NCBI GenBank assembly: GCA_000934665.2
Contig: KZ538179.1
Span: forward strand, 1 to 64,000
Length of the DNA stretch: 64,000 bases
Source: Catajapyx aquilonaris
Taxonomy: Eukaryota
Direction of reading: 5' to 3'
A model generated the notes under the pieces. That model did no database searches. It was not told the origin of the DNA and saw only the letters and a program-made list of their open reading frames with translations. Shown here one piece after another: positions 11,798-28,181 of the stretch. The number at the start of each line of letters is the position of its first letter. Positions within the stretch are counted from its first letter, which is position 1. A program made the position numbers and the translations under genes.

Positions 11798-14700
11798 ATG
11801 AGATACTTGCAGCAATGGTGCACGACCAGCAGTATATGGGGTCCGACCCCTTCTCCCGCCGAATACGGTATGCTTCTTTGCAGCAGCAGCAGCAGCAGCT
11901 CAGTGGGTGGAATCGGAAGGAGCAGCAGCATCAGCAGAGCCTTCTCCTCCCAGCTGATCTCCACCAGGGAACCCCGCGTACACCACCACAGGCAGGGGCT
12001 CTGGTCCACTGCTGTTGAGGCCAGCAAGGGAAGCAGTGGAAAGGGTGAGGAGTGGGCCTGCACGGCCAATGGCCTGAGGAGGCATGCCAAGGCAGCCGCA
12101 AAGCTGCACATGCGGCTCAAGCAACAGCAGAAGCAACAGCAACTGAGGCTGGAGCAACAGCGGAAGGAGCAGCAGGAGGAGGAGGAGGAAGGGCAGGAGA
12201 CGGGAAGGACGGGTCAGATAGTGGTGGAGATGGCTGTCAAGCAGGGAACCACCGTCATGACTGCAAAGCCATTTGTGTATGTCCTCAAGAGCGGCCTGCA
12301 GGGACAACGATGCGACATGTGCTTCAGCAGGTAGTTTTGCAAAATTTGACAAGGTAGAATTATGCACAAGGATGGCACTGGTGTAATAGCTGCATCATTA
12401 TGCAAGCAGCTAAGGAAACTATCATGTCAATGCTAGTGACATCAGTATCCTTGTGCCGCTGTTTTACCTTATTTGGCATTTATTTGATGAAAGTTGCTTG
12501 AACAAAACTATACATGATGAGAATCTTATCATAGATTGTTGTATTATGGTTATAAACTTGGTCATGTTGTCAGCATTGGTTTACTTGCCTCATTTCAGAT
12601 CATGGGAAAACATTTTAGTCCTTTTTATTACGTGTGTATGTTGAAAGTCCTACATGGAGAAGTGTCTGCTGCATCCAGGGGTTGTCATAATAGACATATT
12701 TTACAGACAAGCGTAGTACAGTGAAACCTGTCCATTTAGGATCTCGGATGCTGTGGAAACTTTTCCTGGAATAGGATATTCAATGCATTTTTTCCATGTG
12801 TAACAGACACCTGCACAACAGAGTCATTTGACTATTGATAGGTTTCACTATATCTCAAAAGAGCTTTATGCAGCTAACTTTCCATTCCAGATGAACCCAT
12901 GAAACTGAAAAGATTGGAACAGTTTTTCAGACGAAGTGTAAAACTCGAGTGTTATTTAACCCTTTGACGGTGGGGTTTTTTGGGCTGTTTTTTAATTATC
13001 TTGACCAAAATTCGTAGTAGGAATGATATGCTCTTGATGATATTAATGAAAAACAATATGATCTAATATTTATCAATTTAACCCGTGGTGGTCCTTTTGA
13101 ATGTAAAATGCCGAAAAAATTCATCTACAGGGTGTTCCAGAAAAAATTTTAAAGTGCAATTGACTTTAAATGTAATTAAATTAATGTAAATTTTTAAAGA
13201 CACTATGAAATTGTTACTACATGGTTACATAATACTAAAACAATGTACTATGATAAATTCCTAAGAGTCCCGACTTATGGCACACCCTGTTCTGATTGAG
13301 GAGGGGGTATTTTTAGCTCGCGCTGGGAGGCAGAAAAACTTATTACTGATTAGCATACGCCATGGTAGTTGAGCCCCCTTCCATGAGGTGGTAGGAGCAG
13401 TTTGAGCCTCAAACTGCACCATATCCGTCTAAGCTCTAGTGCGCCCAGTTCAAAAACCAGCAAGACATCATAATATGATGTCCGTAGGCCTCAAAGGGTT
13501 AACCACCCAGTATCTGCATATATTCCGTCACTAAATTTTGCACACAAAAAATTCTTTTCCTTTGGAAGTAGAAAACTGCTAATTAATTTTTGCAGTGAAG
13601 CGTCTTTTATACAGGGTGACTCTAAACTCTAAAGTCTGGATCCTCAGGATACATAGGTAATTGGTTTGAATTGTTGGTTGCCTGTTGTGCCAACTCCAAG
13701 TGCCAACATACTGTGCCAAATCAACCTTTACTGACTGTCAACCAACAATCTGCCAGTTGGCACAACTGGAAACCAACAATTCAATCCAATTCTATGTATC
13801 TAGACTATTGATTTCTAGAGAAATGTTGCTGAGAGGCCAAAGAAAAGAAGTAATGCACTGCCCAAAACTATGATGCACAGCAACAGCACAGAAATGAGAT
13901 GATTTAATCAGTGGCAATTTGCCACCAGTTCAAGGACATCAAAGGTCAGACTTCTGGTCCAAAGGGCTTCTTGCTAATTAAATATTCTAACAGGTGTAGT
14001 GTCATAACACTGCCGCCCCACGGAGAAACTCCCTATTTACAAACCTGGATAGGACAGAGGTCGTCTGCATGCCTCTTTTGTACTATACTTACTGGTTTTG
14101 TAGATAGGGCGTTTCTACTTGGGATGGTAGAATTGCACCTTTAAATTTTTCTAACCAAGTGGTTAGAAAAATTTAAACAGGTTTGAACAGGCCTGAATTA
14201 TGATGATAATATTCACCTGAGCAGTCAAGTGGTTGTAAATGAGACTTGCATATAACATATTCCGTAACAAGTTGGAATTATTTAATCCAAGCAGCAGGTG
14301 GTAATTCCATCAGAGTGTGTAAAAGCATACCGTACTGAAATAGTTCACCAGTTGCTATGGAAATGTGGCGAATCGTACATTATACTTGTCATGAGAATGC
14401 TTCTACAAGACAGTAATTGACTGCAGGTACACTTGGCAAAGAATTATTATTATCATTACTAACTAAACATTTAAATATGATGAGTTAATTTTTTCTGTTT
14501 CATCCTTCTGGATGCTAAAAAACAAACGTGAAATGGGTGTTATTGTCTGTTATTGGCCATCAGAGACTGATTGTTCATAAGTGTTGCTATACAGTTAGGA
14601 TATTGCAGCATGAACATCTTTGGTGGCACAAATCAAATGAGAGATTCGCAAGTCATCACAACATTGTGTCATTGAATACCCCTGGGTAAAGAATTTTGTA

Positions 14701-17700
14701 ATAATTATCTTCATTCATATCACTTTTAAATCCCTTGCTGCCTAATTACTGCACTATGCTTTTGAGAGTTGAAAAGATTCATAACAATTTCTCAAACGTT
14801 CATATATACCTGAACAACCAACATGGAAATCTGAAACTAGAGCTAGCAAATGCCATGCAAAGTAGTTAATATTTATAATTTTTGAGCAATTGTTTAAAAT
14901 TAGGTTTCAGTCGAGAGATTAAACCCCTCAGCAATCGATGAATGACAGCTCTAGATCAGTGGTTTTCAAACTGGGGTACGCAAACACAATTTTGGAGGTA
15001 CGCGAAGGCTTTTGGGCAATGGCGTCTGCTTTTTGTATTTTGTGAGAACCATTATCATTATTCGCGATAGAATACTTGGGACCAGGATGATAAGGATTAA
15101 TGGAACATAATCAAGTGGAAATATCGGTGGTCTGACTAGATATGAAGAAATTACTTCTAATTCCATGTAGGGTCAAGTACATGAAGCACCATGGAACTTC
15201 AAAGTAGATACATCTCCCACCAGGTGCAGAACAACTTATTCCCATTCTAGTGTATCAGTCATCAGTGTATGGAACCTTGCTCAGTTGTGGCCTGAATGTT
15301 GTTTGCAGTGGTAGTAGTGGAAGTTTCTCGATAAATTGTCCTACTCATTCCCATTTTTTAAAACTATTATTATTTTAGTGAAGATTTATCATAATGCAGC
15401 AGAGGAATATGACTGATGCTGTTTTCATTCAGCACACACATTGAAACTCAAGAAGCAACATGACAGTGTTAACTCAAAAATTTCAAATTTTGAAGCAACT
15501 GCAGAGGGGCCAGTGTAGGACAGTGTTCAGTGCCAACATTGGAGCACATGAATCAATTGTCACAACCGTGTAGATAAAATTTTCCCAAGATGGACAATTG
15601 GACATGTCAGTCAATTGGATCAGAAATTCATTGGAGATATCTTGACCACTTTTGCACATGCCAGTGCAGGATCGGAAATGATCATCGAAATTTCCACGAA
15701 TGGAAGTTTGTTTGAATTTGTACCAAAAACACGTGTGATTTTTTGGGCTGAAAAAATTGAAGACCATCCAGCCTACTAGCAACCTGTGCCATGAAGTATT
15801 TAATACCATGTGTACTACTACCTATTTATTTGAAGCAAGTTTTTTGGTGTTAACTTCCATGAAAACAAAATTAGATCATCCACTGTGTGGTGAGAAAGAT
15901 CTCTGGCTTAAATTGATGCCACTTGTCCCTAATATTGTGTGAAGGAAAGAAAACTTCCCCATCTCACTAACTGGTAAGTGCCTGCAATTACTATTGTTAG
16001 GTAACAGGATCGGAGTGAGGGTACAAACTGCCTTGACATATTTGAAAAGAGGTATGTGACAAAAGAAGTTTGGGAAGCACTGCTCTAAATAACTCTTCCA
16101 ACTTTCACTTACACATGGGTAATATTTTTCAGTGGTTGATTTGTGCATAGAGTACACCACCCTTTAAGGTGGATGAGACTTCATAGTTGTAGTGTCAAAT
16201 GCTCATAATACCTGGCTGCAGCCGAATGGTACTCTTGCACAAAACTCATTTTATGCTCCACATGGTAAATATTTTGCCTGAATTTAAAAATTAATGGATA
16301 CCCTGTGATATGCCTCCTTGGGCCTTTTAGGCCTTTTAAATACCCGAATTTAATTATTTGCCTGGCCTCTGATGGGTTTTTATAGTGGGAGGAAATTGGA
16401 GAGCCCCGAGAAACCCACACGAACACGGAGAGAACCCAACCAAACTCTTTCCGTGTAAGTATCCTCTGTCCGACCCGGGGATTGAACTCGGGACCTCAGA
16501 GGTGGAAGGCTGCGGCGCTAACCACTACACCACTGTGCTGTCCTGCATTTAAAAATTATTGCTTCTTATGGTAGTTACAAGGCATTTATGGATAGTCCAC
16601 AAACAAGCTCTTGCTGTACTTGAGCTTGAACCTAATGTTGACTATCGTAAACACTGTCCCATTTGCACCACATGTAAAAATACTTCTTGACGCACGAGAT
16701 AGACTGGCAACAAACCAAAGAAGTTTCAGTCTGGCAACCACCATGATATGTAATTGAAGAATTTTTTTTGTTCTCTAGGAAAGAAAACCTCCGTCGCTGC
16801 AGCAGCTGCAAATTCACCTTTTATTGCAATCAAGACTGTCAACGACAAGCGTGGGCTGACCACAAAGAAGAATGTGTCAATCTCAGGAAGGTGTCCCCTA
16901 AGACACCACCAGACACTTTACGTCTCATGGCCAGGATTATTTTGAAGCTCAGGGTGAGCTACCTTGAGAGTATTTATGGATGTTGTTATGTAACTTTAAG
17001 CACACACGTGCACCAGGGTACTGTAATAATACACTAATAGAATTGTTGTTGCATGTTATATTTTTATAGCGAGGAGGTGACCAGGAAGAAGGGAAAATAA
17101 CCGAAACAAAATCCAGGAGATTTAAGGACTTAATGTCACGTAAGTAAATATGAGTTCTGATAATAATTTAATGCTATGATATTATATTTCAGCTACAGTA
17201 CTACACCTGTGCACATGTCATAAAACAAGGCAATGAATCGAGCACTACATATTTATAAATTCAGTGTTCTGGTCAATTTGTTAAATGGTCAAATGGTAAT
17301 GAAAGTTGCGATTTTCCAAACATTATTTTCTGAATTATCTGACTGTGCTAATACTGTGTAATATCATCACATTTCACGAGAAACTTTCCAATGCAATAAT
17401 TTTTTAGTCATTTCTGTTAACTTTTTAGGTATGAAGAACAAAACGTGAGGCACGCCCAAAGCTGTGAATTTGCATTCAGATATTGTTTAATGATAATTGG
17501 CTACCCTGTGCTAGTCCTGTATTCTTGTAGGAGACCCTCTGTAGAAATATTGACATTGCCTGTGCTATTGATGGATTTTGATTGTAGAAGGGAAAAACAT
17601 AACCCAGAGAAAACTGGCAGAACACCAAGAGACTCTTTGCACATGAGAAATTCTTCTACTTGGCATGTTAATCCTGTAATGCCACTAATCTAAGTAATGC

Positions 17701-20431
17701 CCACTGGGTCATATCTGGCACACCATTTAGTGCAATTTTTGCAACTTTTGCAATTTTTATATTTTCTGTAAGTGTGCCAAAATGCACTAAATGGTGTGCC
17801 AGATATGACCCAAGGGGCATTACAGGGTTAATGTGTAACATTGGCAGTTTTAATGTCTTATTCTAAATGTACTGTTATGGTTACATGATATTTTGTCCTT
17901 GTATTCTTGCCATTACTACAGACTACTCAGACATAAAAAAGGATGCAAACCGGATGGAACACTTTGCCACCCTCTGTCATGTCCTCAATGAGTATGTTGG
18001 AGAAGACAAGCTGCCCAATCCAGCTGAACTAATTGGAATATTTGGAAGGGTAAGACAGTACATATCATCAGATGTTACTGTAAAGCTGTAAAGCTAAGTT
18101 AAATTGTCCGAACATTAATTGCAAAATCTCAATAATTAGTACACTTATCCTTGCAGGTGTAAGCATCCTTAGAATATAACCATTGCACTTCTGAAGTCAA
18201 ATTAATCATATGTGCAAGTCAAAAAGTGCACCTTTGAGTTCTGTTCAAAGTGAAAAATGTGGCAAGAGAGTTATTTTGATCTATGAGCAGACCCAAATAG
18301 GCATTTTCCTTCACTGCTTCGAGAGAGGGATAATTTCATTAAAACATGATATGCATAGGGCAGGATTTTTTTCTCACTAATGTATTTGGTAGAATTATTT
18401 TGGATCTTTAGTTCAACGTCATTTCAGTGATCAGATTTTCCCTCCTGTAATTTTGCATTAGTGTACTTTGAGACCTGATCCATACTTTTGTGGTACCATT
18501 CACTCTGAAAATCTGACTCATTGCATGATGAAACTAAACTATTGTATCTGGTGTATAAAGCATGTATGACAAACATTACCTTTTCTGCTGATGTACAGGT
18601 GTTAGCATCATTGCCCGTAATTGCTGATTGATCCAATTGGATATGTTTTATACATTCCTGAGATACCCCACATGACTGTATCCTCACTGCCTGTATATAC
18701 CACTTATAGATATGTGTGAACAGCTTCAACATCCTGGACTCGGAGATGCAGCCCATTGGTACAGGAATCTACCTTGCCCCATCCATCATTGACCATTCAT
18801 GCACACCAAATGCATTAGCTGTGTTTGAGGGTACTACTATTCACATTCGGGCCCTGGAGGATATGCCAGTACTTGACTGGTCTAAGATACGGATCAGTTA
18901 TATTGACCTGATGAATGTGACTTCAGAGAGGAAGAAAGAGCTAAAGGAGCGGTACTACTTTGACTGTGATTGTCCCAGGTGCAAGGATGGCGATATGGAT
19001 TCCACCATGAACTCTGTCATTTGTGGGAATGAAGAATGTCAGGCCATGATTCAAGTGCAAGAGGTATGTCTTGTAATATTCCGTGCTGCAATTTTGTTGT
19101 CAATTAAATTATTGTTACTGGAAAGTGTTGTGCCAGAAGCAATACAGTTTTCATCACTAGGACACATTTTTACAATGCCTATAAATTATGTACAGGACAT
19201 TTCCCTTGAAGGGAATAGATAAAAAGCATTTATGTTTTTTGGCTAGACAAATCTAAGTATAGGGATAATTTGACCTTGATAGGAAGAGTAGGAGGCTCCA
19301 TTTTGCTGGTGATGAACTTGAGCATGAGTTACACTCGGGCCACTCAAAAAGAGCAAAGGCTTGAAATGCAGTTTAGTTAGGTAAGGAAGAAGATATTATG
19401 AATTTTTAAATACACACTGTAGGTTTTTTAAAGTGACATAAATTCTTTCAATTGGTGATATTAATGAATGGTGATTGGTTCCAAAAACTGAGTTTCCACA
19501 AAACTGATGCACTGTCACATGTGACATCCTTACCTCCCAAGAAAGTGTAGCTGTGGCATAGCCAGGGAAGCATTTAATGTAGCATTTTTATCCCAGACAC
19601 CCGAAGTACAAATTGGCCCCTGTCCATCTTGTGGCCACAATTTTGAAGCTGAGGTATTTCAAGAGTATGCAGATGCAACACAATTCACCAGTGACCAACT
19701 GTGCAACATGAGGGATGTTGCATGTATCCTTTTGCATTTGCCTAAATCATTAGCACCATATTGTGATAATGCTGCCTTAACCCATCATGTAGATCTTGAT
19801 GTCTGCAAAGTCTGTCTCCAGCGTCAAGGCAACTTATTCCACCCACTTAACATTCTTCGTGCAAAAGTCTTAGACAGCGCCTTTGACTCCAGCATTGGCC
19901 TGCAACTGTGGGAAGAAGCAGTTGAATATGGCCTCCTCACCCTGCCTGCATATCGCAAATACTATGGGACTCGGCACCCGTTACTGGGTATTCAGCTGCT
20001 CAAGATTGGAAAGATACAGTTATACCTTGGTGACATGTAATTCCTTTTCTGAATTTAAGACCTGTGCACTTTTCTTGACGCATTTTCTCGATTTTAGGAA
20101 AGAGAGTTACTCATAATGCACACAACTTCTTTCTGCATAAAAGCATGTCAACAGAGATATCACTTTCGTGCCTTGTGACACTGACAGCTCTTTCCAAAAT
20201 GTTATGTTGCCAAGTAAAGGGCACAGGATGCTGCAGTTATGTTTCTAGAGTGTCCATAATATAAATTATTTTCTTCAAAGGGAATCTGCATACAATCACC
20301 TGAGCCAAGCTGCAGAGATACTACGTGTGACTCATGGAACCAATCACTCCCTCTACGAATCAGAGCTGGTGGTGCTTCTACAGCAGACACAAGCTGAAAT
20401 AGTTGGGAGGCAGAATGCTGTAAATGGTTAA
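11798..20431 (+). CDS. SMYD3: SET and MYND domain lysine methyltransferase, SMYD3-like; exons 11798-12330, 16779-16953, 17070-17139, 17922-18049, 18710-19063, 19597-19723, 19793-20036, 20281-20431
   Basis: MYND finger RCDMCF...RCSSCKFTFYCNQDCQRQAWADHKEEC; SET motifs GTGIYLAPSIIDHSCTPN, ISYIDL and YYFDCDCPRC; C-terminal YYGTRHP and ILRVTHGTNH. Junction phases are consistent. The start codon is uncertain. Confidence 0.92.
12717..12852. mobile_element. Short Tc1/pogo-like MITE
   Basis: TACAGTGAAACCTGTCCAT ... ATTGATAGGTTTCACTATA. Confidence 0.55.
12956..13502. mobile_element. piggyBac-like MITE
   Basis: TTAACCCTTTGA ... TCAAAGGGTTAA. Confidence 0.6.
14957..16082 (+). mobile_element. Decayed hAT (Charlie-like) transposon with transposase relic
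   Basis: TIRs CAGTGGTTTTCAAAC / GTTTGGGAAGCACTG; 8-bp TSD CTCTAGAT/CTCTAAAT. The peptide TTYLFEASFLVLTSMKTK...EKDLWLKL (15757-15942) resembles the hAT C-terminal dimerisation motif. Confidence 0.8.
16345..16542 (-). mobile_element. tRNA-derived SINE with V-domain-like core
   Basis: Minus strand: A box GTGGTGTAGTGG, B box GAGTTCAATCC, then GTTCTCTCCGTGTTCGTGTGGGTTTCTCGGGGCTCTCCAATTTCCTCCCAC, which resembles the V-SINE core. The 3' end is approximate. Confidence 0.75.
17668..17831. mobile_element. piggyBac-like palindromic MITE
   Basis: TTAATCCTGTAATGCC...GGGTCATATCTGGCACACCATTTAGTGCA and its inverse, ending GGCATTACAGGGTTAA. Confidence 0.7.
19724..19792 (+). other. U12-type GT-AG intron of SMYD3 (69 nt)
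   Basis: 5' splice site GTATCCTTT, branch point CCTTAAC at 19775-19781, AG at 19791-19792. Splicing gives ...RDVA(Y)LDVCKVCL. Confidence 0.9.
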
Positions 20432-22779
20432 TGTCCATCTCTATTTTTTCTGGGAAACATTGAAAAGCTTTACTTGTGCCAACGATTTAAATCCGCTTCC
20501 ATCCCTCGCCAACGATTGTAAATGTTTTATTTCCTCGCCTCATCACTGATTAAATATGCATCGATTTTGCCTTAATTGTTGCACGCCCACTAAACAAATG
20601 AGCACCCGCCATCTCTCAAATGTTTTAAAGTAATGTTACTTCTACAAAATCACTAATAGTGAAGATTTATTCCTTTCATGCATCAGCATATTGTTACATT
20701 TGATCCAGTGAATGTACCTTTGATATGCTGTAGTGTGTTAGGATAGATGCGATTCTCAGAAATTTGCTAGTTACATTTGCAAATACCCACTGCAGGAATA
20801 ATGTGAATTGTACCATTTGTTTCTGACATTTGTTGTAATATTTCAGTATTTAAATATATGAAGTTGGTCCAATCTAAGAATCTCAAATCTTTAAATTCAA
20901 ATGAAAACAATCAATATTCATATCCTTGCTATTATGGCATGTTCTGTTCCAGATGACTACTGTAAGGGGTATATAACTGAATCGAGTTACTCACTGCATT
21001 TTTTTCACTTTCTAATGCATACAGTGTACAGTACATATGAAATTCCCAGTAGCCCTGGGCCAAAAAAAATTGTGCGTAAGTAACAAAATGGCACCAGTTG
21101 ACTGAGAATCAGCTGATGTTTGCATTGCATATCCATCATATGAGCAAGGAAAGCACTGCAAATAATATATGTTAATGTAATTGAAAGCACCCCTTTAGCA
21201 ATGCATCATAAAGTGATGTGTGCCTGTAGTGTGCTTTGTGGCTGGAAAAGAATAAGCTCATAGATGGGAGAAACCTGTCTCCAGTAGAATCCCTCCACGC
21301 AGCTGAACAGGTTTCTGCTGTGAGGCAGAAATGCATGACAGGGCGAGTGGATGAATCAAAAGTTACATATAGACATTTCCACCATATTCGAGGTCTGTTA
21401 TGTCAACCTAATTGCAAAGCAGTTTATTTTTAGGAATCCCGTCAGACATGTAAGTTTGAAAGTAGTACAAGTACATTTTAAAGGAGCACTAGCAGAATTA
21501 TTATAAAAACTTAAAGCATATAAAAACTAGTGGTTACCTCCTGATCCTTTACCCAAAAGTTGTGGGACCAGTGACCAGACAATTTTCAGAATTCAGGATG
21601 GTACTATTGGCACAGAATTAGTCAGGACACTTGGGGGTAGGCTGAGGGTTATGCCGGCCACCAATTGAGTGCCTAGGTGAGGCTTATGGGCGTCTGACAT
21701 TTATTACTGCTAAAGAGAGATAAAAGCGAGAACATCGACAACGGGAGTCTGAGAACTGCCCAGAACTAGTTCGGAAGAGCGAAACAGACAGGGCTAATGC
21801 TGTCATTATCCTGGCAGCCAGTCTTCAGGTTGGGACATGTATGGCACCAAATGGGAGCTTTGGTGTACAGGATCTAATGAAAAAAAACTAGGTTTTCAGA
21901 ATTTCCTACAAGAGATTGTCAAATGTATAGTACATGTACTGTACAGTGCCATAATTGAGAGCATCTACAGTGTACCTCAACCCAAACGCTAATGGCATTC
22001 TCATGCCATTGAAAAGTGACTTGCCTGACGGCCAGTGAGCCTATTATGTATTTTGTGACTGGGAACCATTTTTGAACATCCATCCCTCTTCCACACCATC
22101 CCATGTGTACGTCCAGTACTACACTACTGGCAACCAAAAAATAGATGCAGGTCCATGTTGCATCTAACACAGGAAGCAGGCATCATTTATGACCAATGTA
22201 GAAGTGAGGGAGTCATAATCATTGGTATCAGCACACAAGGGCAAATTGCATTTATTGACATGGCTGCAAATAGCATTCCTTAGCATTTGGCACCTACATT
22301 CATGTAAGTTCTTAAATTCCTCACCATTTGTGCATGTGCCAGCTCCCATTATGCAATTATTTCCAATAATACAGAATCCTACAACCCCTAGTTAACTACT
22401 CTTTGATTGCCACAATTCTGCAATGATTTTGAGTCACATGGATTTGACCTTAAACAGCACCACGTAATGGCAGGCGTTCCACTCCCAAGAACCCAAAATA
22501 AATTCTGAAGAAAATAATGAGGGATGTAAATAACCACACCAGGCTTCTATTGAAATAACTTTGTTTCAAATCTGAAAACACAGCAAATTAACTTATCTAC
22601 AACATTCACTCGGAAAAAATGAGGTTGACTTCAAGTGAGAAGGTAGGCTTGGGAACATAGAAAAAAAAAATCAACCACACTTTTTGTCAGGCCCAATCAC
22701 CCGCAATTAAATTACATGTCTCTCCAAACTTGAGGGGGGCAAGAAACGGCAAAATTGTCCACACACTCGCCACGTGTGT

Positions 22780-26479
<3,700 letters not shown>

Positions 26480-26649
26480 AATCCTGGCCATCACAACCAC
26501 TGCAACCACAAGACCACCCATTAGTGAGATTCGAATGCGGCACACGGGCTAGGCCCCACACACACCCAGGGGCAAGGGAGAGGGGCCGAGAGGGGCACTC
26601 ACCTCAGCAGATCATCCAACCCCCTTTTCTGCCAAGCCGAGATCTTGTT

Positions 26650-26820
26650 CCACGTCAAGACCAGAAATGGAATGAAGGAAACCGGTGGAGGCCACGCTTC
26701 TTTTAACAGGCCGAGCCGAAGGGGCGATCGTGTCGCTACCCCATTGGTCCACATCACCGCACGTGATTGCGTCAGACCCTGTCATTGGCTCCAACCTTCC
26801 AGCTGGCCCGAGATGATTGG
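26650..26820 (-). promoter_or_regulatory. BiP promoter: four CCAAT-N9 ERSE-like units, a TATA-like box and a UPRE
   Basis: Minus strand: CCAAT-N9-CCAGC (26802-26820), CCAAT-N9-TGACG, GCAAT-N9-TGATG, CCAAT-N9-ACACG (26729-26747), TTAAAAG (~26700-26706) and TGACGTGG (26650-26657). Confidence 0.8.
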
Positions 26821-27276
26821 GCCGCATCCTCCCCCCCCCCTTTGGAAAAAAATTGATTCCGCTCTCTGTGTCTCAGCAGCCGGAGGACATCCCCCCCCCG
26901 TGCACCGCATGAATGGCAACGGGATACAGCCTGTAATTATTATGACGAAATTGGAGAGGGTCATTTCGTATGCCCTTGACATTGCAAGCATAATGGTAGA
27001 GGGGCGGGCCGCGGTCATTAAATGCGGATGTGGGTCGCGAGCAGAGGACATTTTTGATCGTTTCCAGATCATTCCATGCCGGGCGTCGTCTGCTGCCCGT
27101 CTGACCTACATTTTAAAACGCCAAGTGTGCCACAATTTTTGAGCATCAATGTTGCCTAAATATGCAGGTTCTCACTAGTAGACGTGCTGTTTTCATAATT
27201 AGGTTCGTGTCCGCTTGTCCATCTGTCAACTCGTTTGCATGCAGGAATGCCAGGAAAAGGCACTTCCGGTTTGGCA

Positions 27277-27285
27277 ATGGCGACG
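27277..27285 (+). CDS. METTL6: Putative 9-nt first coding segment (Met-Ala-Thr) of the METTL6/snoRNA host transcript
   Basis: CACTTCCGGT (ETS-like) precedes ATGGCGACG|GTGAGT. Phase 0, in frame with the acceptor at 31481. Confidence 0.55.
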
Positions 27286-27671
27286 GTGAGTTGATGGCGG
27301 GTGGTGGTGAGTCTCTTTGCTGGTCGTTCCATGGCCCCTTTTGCTGCATGGAATGTCCGGCGGTTGGGTCAGTGGATAGGCCCAAATGTTGTGCAGACAT
27401 GGAGTGTGTCAGGTTGGGTTAATTGCAGCAGATTGTGCCCCGATGTGGTTAGATTTCGATGGCCATGGGCCGGTGTGGGCCTTTCCCTTTGTCTAAAGTC
27501 ACGGCAGGCCATGCCGATCACATAATCAGTGCAGCTTGTGGTTGCTCATGTGAAGCGCAATGAGTGTTGCATGCGAGGGGATGGGCGTTGCAGCACACAC
27601 TTTCCTCTAGTAATGTGTGCATTGTTGAAGTTGTAACTTACAGTTAGAGCCTGACCTATACGTTCAGGGAG

Positions 27672-27813
27672 AGTCGTGTTGTAGACCAAGTGCTGGCAAG
27701 CATGTAAAGGGCCAGCCCAATTACAAGGATTTACAGAGAACTTTGTGGTGCCTGGGTGCGTACCAAGCTATGTTTGGGGATTTATGTGGGATGAATTTCA
27801 TTGAGACACATTT
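27672..27813 (+). ncRNA. Candidate box H/ACA snoRNA
   Basis: Hairpin (TTGTA/TACAA, GCTGGC/GCCAGC), H box AGAGAA at 27735-27740, second hairpin, then ACA-TTT at 27808-27813. About 142 nt. Confidence 0.5.
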
Positions 27814-27962
27814 CCAGCTGTTCTCTTGCATTCACTCACATTTTAGCCAGAGTGTTGCATGCTCATAGGATATTCATTGAGAATTTGCATTTCTAATGGG
27901 CTGTAAAAGTTTGATTACAATCCCTATTAATAAAGGAGAAAGTTTGTACATATAATTGTATG

Positions 27963-28181
27963 TAAGGTGAAGTGGGGTAAGTGCATACACGGGGTAAGTG
28001 CATACACGAGCCAAGTGCATACACGAGCCGCCATATTGGAATGAAAATGGCTGACAACACCAAAACGCATCAGGGACTCTTCGTGTAGATGCACATAACA
28101 TCCCCGGACGCGTTTTGGTGTCGTCAGCCATTTTCATTCCAATATGGCGGCCCATTTATGCACTTACCCCACTTCACCTTA
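27963..28181. mobile_element. Palindromic MITE
   Basis: TAAGGTGAAGTGGGGTAAGTGCATA / TATGCACTTACCCCACTTCACCTTA, with inner inverted arms GCCGCCATATTGGAATGAAAATGGCTGAC. Confidence 0.8.

Noticed and set aside
16470..16542. tRNA gene
   Set aside because: It has A and B boxes but a poor acceptor stem and continues into a SINE core, so it was called as a SINE.
20037..20280. Second U12 intron in SMYD3 (donor GTAATTCCTTTT)
   Set aside because: The donor departs from GTATCCTT and no CCTTAAC branch point precedes the AG; treated as a weak U2 intron.
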